Assembly (NCBI GenBank): GCA_038087875.1
Contig: CM075979.1
Location: 9,610,001 to 9,674,000, forward strand
Reading direction: 5' to 3'
Source of the DNA: Malacoraja senta
Taxonomy: Eukaryota
DNA length: 64,000 nt
In this document: positions 1 through 11,590 of the stretch, in pieces
Position numbering within the stretch: the first letter of the stretch is position 1
Layout of the letters: every line of letters begins with the position of its first letter
Made by a program: the position numbers and the translations under genes
The notes under the pieces: model-generated
Database searches by the model: none
Told to the model about the DNA's origin: nothing
What the model saw: only the letters and a program-made list of their open reading frames with translations

Positions 1-370
1 CTGCCTCCTGTGGTCTTGGAGTGACCACCTGTCTGTAACTCCTCTCAATGACTTCCTCGCTCTCCCTGACCAGACGGAGGTCATCGAGCTGCTGCTCCAG
101 GTTCCTAATACGGTCCTGAGGAGCCCCATCTCGACGTCTGGAAGGCTATCAGATTCCTTGACCTCCCCACATCTGACATCCAGAACAGTAAACTGCCCTG
201 GCACTCATACTCCCCTCTTACCTAGGATACAATACAAAGTACAGTACAATACAAAGTACAGTACAATACAATGTACAATACAATCAGCAAGGATCCGACT
301 CCCAATCAGCTGCTCCCTCTTGTCCGCTTCCACCAATCAGCGGCTTCCTCAAGCCCACTTGTTTTGAAAT
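1..370 (-). mobile_element. 5' end (5'UTR and ORF1 start) of a CR1-clade LINE running off the left edge
   Basis: Minus-strand ATG at 208 gives MSARAVYCSGCQMW (CxxC). After a disruption it continues IRNLEQQLDDLRLVRESEEVIERSYRQVVTP, a coiled-coil segment typical of fish CR1 ORF1. A short tandem repeat lies at about 228-283, and CCAAT motifs lie at about 302 and 333. Confidence 0.7.
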
Positions 371-479
371 GCGAATGGAACTTAAACGTTACAGATTTCG
401 GTTCCTCCTCCCTATTTCGGTTCCTCCTCCCTTGGAGATGACAGGAGAAATGACAGATTGGTTTTTATTACAAAATAAT

Positions 480-1040
480 TTAAGGCAGCAGTTTTGGTTG
501 TTATATAAAGTCTTGGTGAGACTGTACCTGAAGTTGTATGTACAGTTTGATCTCCTTATTTAGAAAAAATATTGCGCAAGTGGGAGAGCAGTTAAGATTC
601 ATTAGATTGATTCCTGGGATGGTGGACTTACTATATGATAGAGATTGAGTAGTCTAGGCTTCTGTTCTTGAGACTTTAAAAGATTGAGAAGAGAACTCAC
701 TAAAATAAACACAATTCCTACTTCGCACAAATGGATGTATTCAGGCCATCTCCCATCGTTTAGGAGTCTAGATTCAGGGGACAGTGTCAGAACGATGGTT
801 AGACCATCCAGGACTGATTTGAAAGAAATTTCTTCATGCAGAGAATGGCAAATCTTTGGAAGTCTCTATACCAGTTGTTCTCACATTGAATTCATTCAAG
901 ACAGAAGTTGATCGCTATAGAAATCTTGAATGAATCAGGGGATTTTGTGATAGTGTCGGAATATGGCATTGAGGAAGAATATCAGCAAGAATTGATGAAT
1001 TTGGAAATGGTCTACTCCTGCTTCTATTTCTTATGTTCTG
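480..1040 (+). mobile_element. Old degenerate CR1 ORF2 3' end and tail
   Basis: LYKVLVRLYLKLYVQF resembles the CR1 motif LYKxLVRPHLEYCVQFW. It ends in a CR1-type tail (ctcctgcttctatttcttatgttct). Confidence 0.65.
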
Positions 1041-1484
1041 ATTCAAAATACAGCTGGCTGTAAATATGCAGCTTTTTTTAGTCTTCTTTCACATAATGGA
1101 ATGTATGTTTGCCACCGGGATCTAAGTGCCTTTCTTCATAGGTTCTCGCTGTGGGAAGCGAAGATAACTTTGAATTAATTCAGAGATCAGTGATGACTAT
1201 GCACAGCTTACTCCTGACAGAAAAATACGCAGGCCGTAGTAATATATATTTTATACAATTTTTGTTGTTACCATAATCTTGCATCTCCAATTTATTTTTT
1301 CTGGAAAATAAGTTAAATAACTTAGAAGTAATTAAGGCAGAATGGAAGGTCACAGAGTTTGGGTGGACGGGGGAGGAAAGTGAGAGGGATAGTAAAATAG
1401 TATTTCAAGGGATAAAAATCCATGACTGGATCACTGTCAAAGTAACATTTTTTGTTTTAGTGAGTCTGATTGTTTCACCTACAC

Positions 1485-1632
1485 CAGTGGCTCTCAATCA
1501 ATTTAAATAGTCACACTATCAACTCTCAATGCGTAATGCAGGGCACACACACACAACTTAAAAAATGTTTTTAACAGGATGTCACGTGGGCTGTTGTAGT
1601 ATGCTGGTGGAGTTGTGGGTTGAGAACCACTG
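1485..1632. mobile_element. hAT (Charlie-like) MITE, 148 bp
   Basis: Terminal inverted repeats cagtggctctcaa and ttgagaaccactg. The 8-bp flanks acctacac and atctagac match at 6/8 positions and resemble the NTCTAGAN Charlie target. Confidence 0.7.
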
Positions 1633-2769
1633 ATCTAGACTGACAATCTGATATCCCTTTTCTGTCACTGCCCCAAGACAAATTAAACTATTTCCTAGAA
1701 AAGTGCTCTTATGTGACACTAAACTGGCAATCTGAATCAGAAGACCTGCTATACCTCGACGCAGTGCTCACTCTAAGATTAAATATATCATAGGAAACAC
1801 AAATATATTTAAAAATTCCAGATCCTCTGCTGCGTCCAGTAATGACTATTTAGCTAATGAAACAAATAAGATTGAAACAAATAAAATTGAGTTGGTCATG
1901 TGCGAGATTGAGACACTCGGTTAAATTAAGGAAGTCAGCATTTCATGTATCATTTAGACTGATGACTAATTAATAATGCACAAAATAAAAAGGTTTTGAT
2001 TATTTTCAAGCTGTGGTACAATCATAAAACTTTGATCTGGGAGATCTTGCAGAGACCATCAGGTGGTCCACGTGATTGCAACACTCGTGACTAATTGTTG
2101 GTTTATGATGAGTTTTTATCACTGGAACATGTTTTCCCAAAGGTAAGCACTGCTCCTTTTCAAGATTTGCACAATGAAAAATAGGAGGAATAGGTCCTTC
2201 AATCCTGGTCTATCATTCATTGCAATCATGGTAGATCATCCATCTCAATCTCTGTTACCAATCTTTTTTCATACCCATTCATGCTTTTTGTGTTAAGAAA
2301 TGTAATTGCCTCCTTAAATATAAGCGACATGGCTTCCAGACCCCTTTATGACAGTAAATTATGCGGGTTTGTCAACAGTCCGTGAATTTTTCTTTCCTCT
2401 GCTCACCTCTATGTCTTACCCCATATCCTGAGACTTTAATCCGTCATTCTAGACATCCTAACAAGAAGAAAACTTATCCTTGCATCCAGTCATTAATTTG
2501 CCATATTCAATACTAAACTATTGCATCTGGAAACAAACTTATTAAACTTTTCCTATAGGTAAGCCAGGAGTTCAAAATAGGCACTTTTTACTTTGAGTAC
2601 CCTTTGGTGGCAAACAAATAATATCTGGAGATTCAGGGAACTCCCATTTACGATGACTGATACATGTTTTGAGATTACATTCGGAATTTCAAGTAAACAA
2701 CTTTAAAATCTGCTCATTATAGGTGTAACCAGCAAAGCTGTAAAATAACAGAATCATTAACAATATGAA

Positions 2770-3230
2770 GACATAAGAAAATAAGAGCAGGTTACTCAGC
2801 TATTCTAGCCAAACCCACCATTCAATATGATTATAGCTGTTCTGCCCCAAGGGTCATCTCCCCATCTGTGCCAGTTCCTCATATTAGTCCTTGATTCCCT
2901 AACCTTTCAAAAATGTCAATACTTCCTCTTTACATAACTTCGAGATTTAACCCCCACAAATCTCCAGGAACAGAGATAACCCACATCACTGTTTTAAAAG
3001 ATGCTCCTTAAACTTACAACCATGTCCCCATATTCAAGATTCTATCACCAATGGAGACATCTTGACATCAATCTTCTTATGCCTTGTTAAGATTGTACAT
3101 ATTTCAATAAGGTCACCCGTCATCTTCTAAATTCCAAAAAATTCCAAAAAATTCCCCAAAAAGATCAAAACAATGCACTCATCCCAGGCATTAGCCTGGT
3201 AAATCTTATCAGACTGCCTTCAATGCCACT
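2770..3230 (-). mobile_element. Degenerate CR1 3' end, host of the MITE pair
   Basis: Starts with a reverse-complement CR1 tail (acataagaaaataagagcagg...) and continues into eroded ORF2-like sequence (atcccaggcattagcctggtaaatct). Confidence 0.55.
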
Positions 3231-3232
3231 AA

Positions 3233-4051
3233 AGGGCCCGTCCCACTAACGCGACTGTCTTTGACCTTCAAGCTCGAGGGCACTCACCTGAAAAACCTCG
3301 AGCTGGATAGACTATCAGCGATGAAACCACGAGCCGGATTGACCGTCTGTGCGCGCACACACACATATCGCAAAGGCGGGGGCCAGGGAAAGCGGGGGAG
3401 CGCTGTCTGAAATTCACATCCGCGATGAACAGGAAGGTAAAAGACGGCTGGCACAGTTACGGTAAGGCCTTTAGAGAGCACAGGGGGAGGGGGGAGGGGG
3501 GGAGAGAAGGGGGGGGGGAGAGAAGGGGGGGGGAGAGAAGGGGGGGGGAGAGAAGGGGGGGGAGAGAAGGGGGGGGGAGAGAAGGGGGGTGGGGGGAGAG
3601 AAGGGGAGAGAAGGGGAGAGAAGGAGAGAGAAGGGGTGGAGACAATTTTAAGAAGCCAGAGAACTTTTAATAAAGTTTAGCGGGCATTTAACATTACCGG
3701 TCGGTTTACTTACCTTTTTTTTCTCAACGAGCTTTACCTTTGACTACCTTCAATTGCCTTTGTCTACCTACGATAGCATTACGACTTACTACGACCTACC
3801 TTGACTAAACCTATGAGTAAAAAAAATATCGCTTTTTTCCCATGGCGACCTTATTTTACTCACGGCATTTTTCAGCATGTTAAAAAAAACGCTGCGACCT
3901 ACCTGAGGTCTCGAGTACGCGGGGACTACTCTCGAGCATGAAGGAGAGTTACAAAGACCTCCTAGGACCTCGTGTCGACCATGCTGCGAGTATGAGTCGA
4001 GTCAAACTCTTCTAAACTCGCAAATTAGGTTGCCGCAGTGGGACAGGCCCT
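3233..4051. mobile_element. PIF/Harbinger-like MITE with internal G-rich expansion
   Basis: TIRs agggcccgtcccact and agtgggacaggccct; TAA immediately to the left (3230-3232); no transposase coding. Confidence 0.75.
3482..3640 (+). repeat. Polypurine minisatellite, about (G8-AGAGAA)n, with G-quadruplex/triplex potential
   Basis: Direct reading of the repeated gggggggg-agagaa units. Confidence 0.9.
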
Positions 4052-4088
4052 TCGGAGTTGAAGGCAGTCTACTGAAGAGTCTCCTTAA

Positions 4089-4582
4089 AGGGGCTGTCCT
4101 ACTGCGGCGACCTAATTTGCAAGTTTAGAAGAGTTTGCCCTCGACTCAAACTCGCAGCATGGTCAACACGTGGTCCTAGGACGTCCTATGAGGTCACTGG
4201 AACTCTCGTTCATGCTCAAGGGAAGTTCCCACATACTCGCGGCCTCAGTTTGGTCAAGGAAAAATTTTCAGCCTGTTCAAATATTCCCCCCGAGTAAAAA
4301 GTGGTCAGCATGGTTCTTTTGAACTCGTAGTGCAGTGGGGTCGCTATGTAGTTATAGGCAGGCCAGAGCAGCCGTAGGCAATCTCCCTCGCTGACTGGGC
4401 ATTTTAATTGGCTCTTTTTTTTTGTGTGTGTGTGCGCGCGCGTGCGTGCGTGCGTGTGTGTGTGTGTGTTCGATCCAGCGCATGGTTTCTTTGCTGACGG
4501 TCGATCCAGCTCGAGGTTTTTCAGGCGTGTGCCCTTGAGCTTGAAGGTCTAAGACAGTCGCTGAAAGGTCGCATTAGTGAGA
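4089..4582. mobile_element. Second PIF/Harbinger-like MITE, related to and inverted relative to 3233-4051
   Basis: TAA (4086-4088) followed by TIR aggggctgtcctactgcggcg. Both ends are reverse complements of the ends of the 3233-4051 element. It contains an alternating (TG/CG)n tract at 4423-4469, and the right TIR is eroded. Confidence 0.75.
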
Positions 4583-6049
4583 GCAAAAAGTGTGGTCCCA
4601 CACCGTTCCACTTTTTTTTACCTATGAGGAAAAATTTATAAGTGCATTTGTGTTTCCAAATGCAATACTTCCCTATTTCTAAACTTCAATCTCTCTTGCA
4701 ATAACAGTCAATATGCCACTTGACATATCAACAACTTGTTGCAATTTCTGGTGAATGTTTTGTGATTTGTGCACAAGAGATTCCCAGATTTATCATGTGA
4801 ATTAGCAAAATGATCAAAATATCTTGCATCCAAAGGTATGATTATGAAAAATATTAATTGTTTAAGTGAATCTCTACAGAATTTCCATTAAGAATTTATT
4901 ACACCTGGAACACATATTTGTTTTTATATTGGGTAAAGTGCTGTGCTGCTGTTCTGACGCACAAGTCTTGCATGGTTGGCAGCAACCTGATAAAGCTATT
5001 CAAACTAGCATAGCCTGGCAAAGAATGAATATCATCATGGATATCATGCAATATAAAAGCAATTTTATTTGGAAGAAAACCTGCAAGCTAGATTCACAAA
5101 AGAAATATTGATCTCAAATGTAAAAATACCTTCATAATTATCGCTATTGTCATGCCAGGAAGCAGTGTTGGGGGATTGGCTCAACATCTAAGTGGCTTCT
5201 AGTCAACTGAGCTGATGTCAGTTCAACAATATTCTGGCTCCTGGGAGCCAATAGAAATGTTACTATTCAAGCTGAAATAATCTCCCCATTCACTTAAACC
5301 ACAATGGATATTTCTAGATATCACATTAACACATATCAAACATTTATGTTGTTATAACTTGCAAAGCTATGGTTCCAACAAACCCCACATGTTAAAGCAA
5401 GAGAAAGAAAAGGTAGTACATCACTTACCTGCACTCACCTTTTCACTCAGGGTCGGCTACGCTATTCAAATGGATTTGACTGCCCATTTCTGCCAGCAAG
5501 ACCAAAGTGCATAGGGCTACGCATGGGCCAGGTGTTCTGTCCCTATACTCAGTGGCAAATCCGACACTGGACCCCCAACCTCCAACTCATCTCTGAATAT
5601 TGTTTTTCATCGCACTAGCTTTGAACATCGAAACAAGCGGAGCAGAAAGGAAGACATAGTTGATGGTTCCCAATGGAACTTCCAGCAAGAGATGAGCACC
5701 ATTCTACGCAATACAAATGTGCTGGTGACTGACAAACACAAAACCTCTAGATATTTAAGTGACCCCAAAGAAAATAATCTAAGGTCCATTTTTGTTAGAC
5801 TAATATAAAATGCACGTTCTCTTTTATTCCCACTGGGATAAAGTAGCAACATAGGAAATAGGGCAAGAGTTGGCCATTTGGTCCTTTGAGCCTTTAAATT
5901 CCAAATTTAACAAGGTCACTCCTGATCTTCTTAGACAACACAATTTTGCTGCAGTGAGCATTTTGTAAATTTCAATGAGATCCCTCATTGTTCCAAGTCT
6001 ACACAAAGAATACATCAGCAAAATTCAATGTTAGAATAACTCAGTGGGC

Positions 6050-6265
6050 CAAGCAGCAGCAGCGAGGGAAGGGGCAGGTAACGTTTCAGATTAGGACCCT
6101 TCTTCAAACCCTTCTTCTTCTTCTTCTTCTTCTTCTTCAGGAGTCTGGAGAAGGGTCCAGACCAAAAACATCAGCTGTCCATTCCCTCCCCAGATTCTGA
6201 CTGACCCGCTGAGTTCCTCAACCACTGGTTTGTTCAAGTTTCCAGCATCTGCAGTTACTTGTGCC
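6050..6265. mobile_element. Penelope-terminus-derived palindromic short repeat with internal (CTT)n, inserted in an old minus-strand CR1 relic (about 5840-6710)
   Basis: Shares gacccttcttca / gaagggtc...gctgagtt...cagcatctgcagtt with the terminus of the GIY-YIG element at 21880; (CTT)n at 6111-6138. Confidence 0.6.
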
Positions 6266-9119
6266 TGTAGAGAATACATGTCTAGTCTAATCGATGTCTC
6301 ATAATATGACAATACCATCATCCAGTAAACTCTGTCAATGCACTAGTTGTCCTTTTTTAGATAAGGAGACCAACACTATACACATCGTGATGCAGTCTCA
6401 CAAAGGCTGAAAATTAATGTATTCCGGCACTCAAATCCTCTTTTAAAAAAGGCCAACATACTATCTGTATTCCTGATTGCATGCTGAAGCTACATATTTT
6501 CTTTCAATGGCTTGTACACAACCATATCAATCCCTTGGAACATCAAATTAACCAATCATTCGCCATTAAAAAAAATACTCTACTTTCCTGTTCAAGCATC
6601 AAAACGGATAACTGCAGATCTTCCACATTGTATTGCATCTGCATGTTCCTTCGCAATTAGTCAGCCTGGCTATTTTTCCTTGACGCCTCTCCACATCTTC
6701 TTCTGTACTCACAAGATGCCACTTCCTTAGGCACAAGTTGAGGGTACAGGAACATTAATTGTTTGCATGGATACTCTTGCTGTTTAACAAGCTAAAATCC
6801 ATATTGCAATCCACATCCATAATCCTAACATTTCAGAACACTGGCAAACCTCTTAATGATTGTCCAGTTAGAATGCTACCACTTATATGGTTGTCCAAAC
6901 ATCTGATCATAAGCACATACGAATTCCAAAACACTCTTGGCTTCAGTATTGAGGCAATTCTTCACATTTGTGTTCATACGTCTTCCTTATTAATGCATCC
7001 TTTTGAGTTTTGTAGACAAATATAGGGTAATATATGTTCATATACAGAAATGTATATTCATAATTTTCTAGCCTCAATAAGGGATACATCCATAAGCAGA
7101 TCATGGGGATCTGTTGGTGCAAGTGTCAGGGTAGTTTTGGCCCCAAGATGGCATTCGCACCTCGGAGAAAGAATGTAATATGATCAAGTGTATATCGATC
7201 CATATGCATATTGTAGGTTCCAGCTCCACATGAAACATAAAACTGGATTCCTGTCTTCTCAAGTGGACATGGCACTATTTGAGAAACAGAACAGCAATTC
7301 TCTATACGTCCTAGGAAAGCATTTCCTTTTAATCCTGTTTATGTGTTCTTACTTTGGTCAAATTGATTTGGGACATCAGAATAATGACCACTTTCCAAGG
7401 AGAATTCAAGAGCCTTGGAACATCTTGATAATGTGTTGTTGCTATTTAATTGCCAGTTCTTTCTTTCTCTATATCTTTACAACTAAAAGCAGTAACATTA
7501 TTACTTATCTACCATCTGCTCAATGAAAAACCATTCAGAGAATCCTCCCCATTTGGTAGAAGGTAGAACCATCTTTGGAAGAAGGGTTCCAACCTGAAAC
7601 GCCAACTATTCTTTTTCTCCAGAGACGCTGCCAAATTCGAAGAGTTACTCCATCTTTTTGTATCTATCTTTGGTAATAAAGGTGTTGATTTCAATTTCCT
7701 ACATTTTCAAGATAACCACTAAATCCAGGTCACAACCATTGGGATAGATTTCATCTTTAACAATTGTTTTACATTTTAGAAACTTGCCACTTCAGCATCG
7801 CTAATATGCATAACTATTTCTGTTAGTATGACTTCATTATATTGATCACCACTGACTGAAAAGGAATGTAAAACATATATAATGCTGATTGAGGAAAGAG
7901 TGCACATGGATTAGGATTAAAACTGATTTTCTCTTGGCTCAGTGATGCCTGAATCAGGTAGATCAACTAATAGCTTGAGGCTTGCAAAGCCCAATAAAAA
8001 TCTACTTTTGGAAACAGGTTTCCTAAAACCAGGTTCCAAAAAGATAGAAATTGAGCCATTCTGCCTCCTTGACCTTATTCTACTATTTAATTATATACAC
8101 TGCCTTGATCCATAGCTCTTAGCATCCTTCACTTTACAAAAATAGATCAATCTCAGTCATGCCAATTGTAATTTATCACCATGAAAAGGGAGGATAATGT
8201 TTGGAGAATAAAATGATCGTTTTTACCTTTGATCCATCAGAAATTGCTGACAGATGCATGGGTTTCACAACAAATAAATTAATTGGACATTAAAATGTAA
8301 AAAGTTGCGGATGACGGAGACGAAAAAGACAACTGAAAATTGTAAGTTTTCAGCAGACCAAGCAGCATCTGTGAAGAGAGAAATGTTGTCGATCTTTCCA
8401 GATGAAGACTTTTCATCACAATGATAAAAATGTTGATAAAAGGTCATAAATCTGAATTGCTAGCACTGTTTCTCAACCTACAGATGCTGTGTAATCTGGT
8501 GACTGTCAATTTAGAGATCTTGCGGTGCACTAAATGACAGTTTTATTTTCTGCTCTATACATGTGCATAATTATCATAGGTGAACATGATACAGTGAAAA
8601 TAAAGAACGTTGCTCTTATTTTCATGATGCTTCAACATGTGTGTGTTAACAACTGGGAAAACTATGCTTTGAGTTATATAATAATGACATTTCAAGCTCT
8701 CTATCGGATAATACACAGCAGTAGCATTCAAACCAATGTTAAAATTAAAGTCTCAATGCATGTAAAACAAAGCATATTCATTTTATCAAGTAAATTAAAA
8801 ACACAATGCACTGCCAGTCAAACTGCTGACAGCATTTTGTTTGGTGCAAGCTTTCACTTGTTATATCACTGTTTCATTAAAAATTATTTCCACAAGTGAT
8901 CTAACCATTCTAGAGTTCATGTTACAATCGGCAGACTTGGATGAACATTTTTTTGTCATTTTCCTAAATATTTACTTTGCAAGCTTTTAAAACTGAATTA
9001 TTCTTGCATGTTCTGTATTGCAAACCTAAGACAGCACTTCACATTATATCTTCTGATATAGAACATGAAAGGTTTAATAGGCTAAAACTAATTTGGGTGA
9101 TTTTCGTCACCTCCTTAAA

Positions 9120-9620
9120 CATTCTGATTCAGTAATCTGGAACCAGCTTTCAGAATTTATTTATGGCATTTTATAGTGACATGTGGGCAAGTGACTTTTA
9201 AAAAAAAAATATAAAGACATGATGCACCACAAATGGGGCTGCTTTTTTTTCTTCTCTGCCTCTGTTGGCTAAAGGTCTCTTGATAAAAATAAAACGATCC
9301 CAGCATATGGAGTAGTTGCTATGTCCTTCCGGGGATGGTCTGCAGCTATGCGCACCACAGGCACGCCAAGGAGAGGTGACTTGTCAAATGCAATTTCAAT
9401 CATTGGGTGGGTTGGATGAAGCAGATTAGTTGTATGCAATCATGATAGATAGTTTATCCCAGCCCCAAACCGCCGCTTGGGAAATCTTGCACGCAAACGA
9501 ACAGAAACTCAGTCATTATTAGTGTCAAGAAGCCATATGGAGACACAATTTGGTTGCCAGCCAGGCAACGTTGAATCATGCCGAAAAAGAAGTGACCAAT
9601 TGCAGTTTTAAAAAGGAAAT
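9120..9620. promoter_or_regulatory. Candidate conserved PAX6 long-range enhancer (SIMO-like) in the last ELP4 intron
   Basis: High-complexity, transposon-free block about 16 kb beyond exon 9. It has a PAX6 paired-domain-like site (minus strand TTTTCGGCATGATTC, 9573-9587) and MEIS-type TGACA cores (9381-9386, 9523-9527). The position fits the known SIMO location; identity is not verified by alignment. Confidence 0.55.
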
Positions 9621-11149
9621 GGATAGTGATGTTGTTATTTGGAATTGTTTCAGAGGGAAAATAAAATCATAAACGTTGAATATTTTACTCATTAAATTTT
9701 AATGCCCCTCACTGATGTTAGACTGAGTGAATGTAAATTAAGTGCATTAGTGCCCTAATTCTCTTCACCTTGATCCTAGATGTTGCAAAGGGGCAGTAAG
9801 CAGTGTGTACTATATTACTCATTCAAAATTTAAAAAAAACCTTCAATAAAGCAACTGCAGAATTTATCTGCCACTTTAAAAATCATATTTCTTGCATGAG
9901 GTTAAAAAATGCTTGTGCAGAATAATTGTTCTTTTCTCCTTGCATTCAGTCTTCTAAAAATAAAACATATTAAAAATTAACAAAAGCAGAGAAGGCCTTA
10001 AGTCCAATGCCTGAAGCAAAATGCTTTGACAAACCTAGCAGCTCTTTCTGTGCTTTTCCAAATGCACTTGTCACTCAGTATTATCCATCCTCATTAATGA
10101 CAATGGGAAAGTTTATCTTAGAAACAGGTTTTAAATCATCTACTGTTTACAAGGGGAGCATGAAATCTCCTACAAAACAGAAGGCGGGAACAACTTCCAC
10201 AACAAAATCACTTTTGGCAGATATAATGTCTAAATCACATTGCACGTTAAAATTTGAACTTCTTGGGTTTCATATTTTTTAATGAAACATTCATTATTGA
10301 TTTGTGACTGACAGCAAAAATAATTTCTAATGTAGTAAAAGAAACACCCAGATCGAAGGTGTGGGAAAGTTATTTCTAGCCATAGTTTTTGTGCAGATGT
10401 AAACGCAGACAAGCAGAGATAGCCTGTGGCTACAGTGTTGTAACAGAATGGATGAACATTCCTCCATGTATCAGCCCAGCCCAGATAATTAAACAGCTCT
10501 ACAGTAATTGCACTTGTTTGAAATCATCTGCAAAGAACTGGGCTTTTGCTAGGCATGATAGAATTACTAGTTATTCATTTTGGTTGGGTGATGAATTTTC
10601 AAGCCTCAAAAAAAATCTAACATGCTCACAATATGAAAATCAGTCAATGTAGACTTTTGCAAATAAATCGTAAGATTCAACATCAGTTGAACTCAAAAAG
10701 CAGTAATCAACTGAAATATTTGAAACAGGTACCAAACAATATCTCAAACACTCAACCTATATTGCAATGGATCCTAGTCACAATGTTACTTGAATCTCAA
10801 TCAACATGTGCAATAGGGAGTAAAGTTATTGCTTTTAACTCTACATTCTCATGACTCCCTCTAGCACGCTAATTCAGCATTCACGTCGCTGCACACTTCC
10901 CATTTTCCTGAAGGCATAAATTTCTATCAGAATCATGCCCCACAGCCTCCTGATATCTTGCAGTACCTCCTCCAAGTGGTCCTTTTTCATTTAACAGGCA
11001 CCAAATATCAGCAGCTTCCATAGTAATGCTAACTTTAACACTCAAATACATTTTCCACTTGGAAGTGCAAGCAAAAGGAAGGGGTAACAACAGCTCATTG
11101 TTTCCTCCCTGAGATCCACGGACTCCAAAACCAGTAATATTTTTGCAGA

Positions 11150-11590
11150 GGCCATGCTATGTGGAATTTAAAAAAAATAGAACAATGGAAGACCTGAGTT
11201 GGTTAGGTTGTATCCATGGAAGCATGAGGTGTAAATTGACATTAAGGTGAAGATCATGCATCAGGACTGAATGGAAGAGAAAATATTGCCAGTAGGTAGC
11301 AGTATGAGAATGGAGGTTGGGACAGAGGCAATGTAAGTGATAGACGGAACAAGATGGAGAAGGGATGACGGGTAGATGGAACCAGTCGGGTAGGAGAATG
11401 GGAGAGATGATCAAAGGTTGAAGAGAACTACTGGGTGACCTGAAATTGAAAATTTCAATATTCATACCATTGGATTATAGGCTGCACAAATGAAAAATGA
11501 AGTTTTCTTCCAATTTGGCCTCTCGGTAGAGAAGGCCAAGGTTAGACAGGTCAAAGTGGAAGTGGGAAGTTGTGTTAAAATGAAATGCAG
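11150..11590 (-). mobile_element. Old degenerate Penelope-like 3' region
   Basis: cctgaaattgaaaatttcaatattcataccattggattataggctgc is an eroded match to 22077-22130 of the Penelope copy; the purine-rich spacer is similar. Confidence 0.55.

Noticed and set aside
3425-3670. Gly/Glu/Arg-rich and Pro/Leu/Ser-rich ORFs on both strands
   Set aside because: They are translations of the G-rich minisatellite inside a MITE.
6091-6321. Poly-Glu and poly-Leu ORFs
   Set aside because: They are due to the (CTT)n microsatellite within a repeat.
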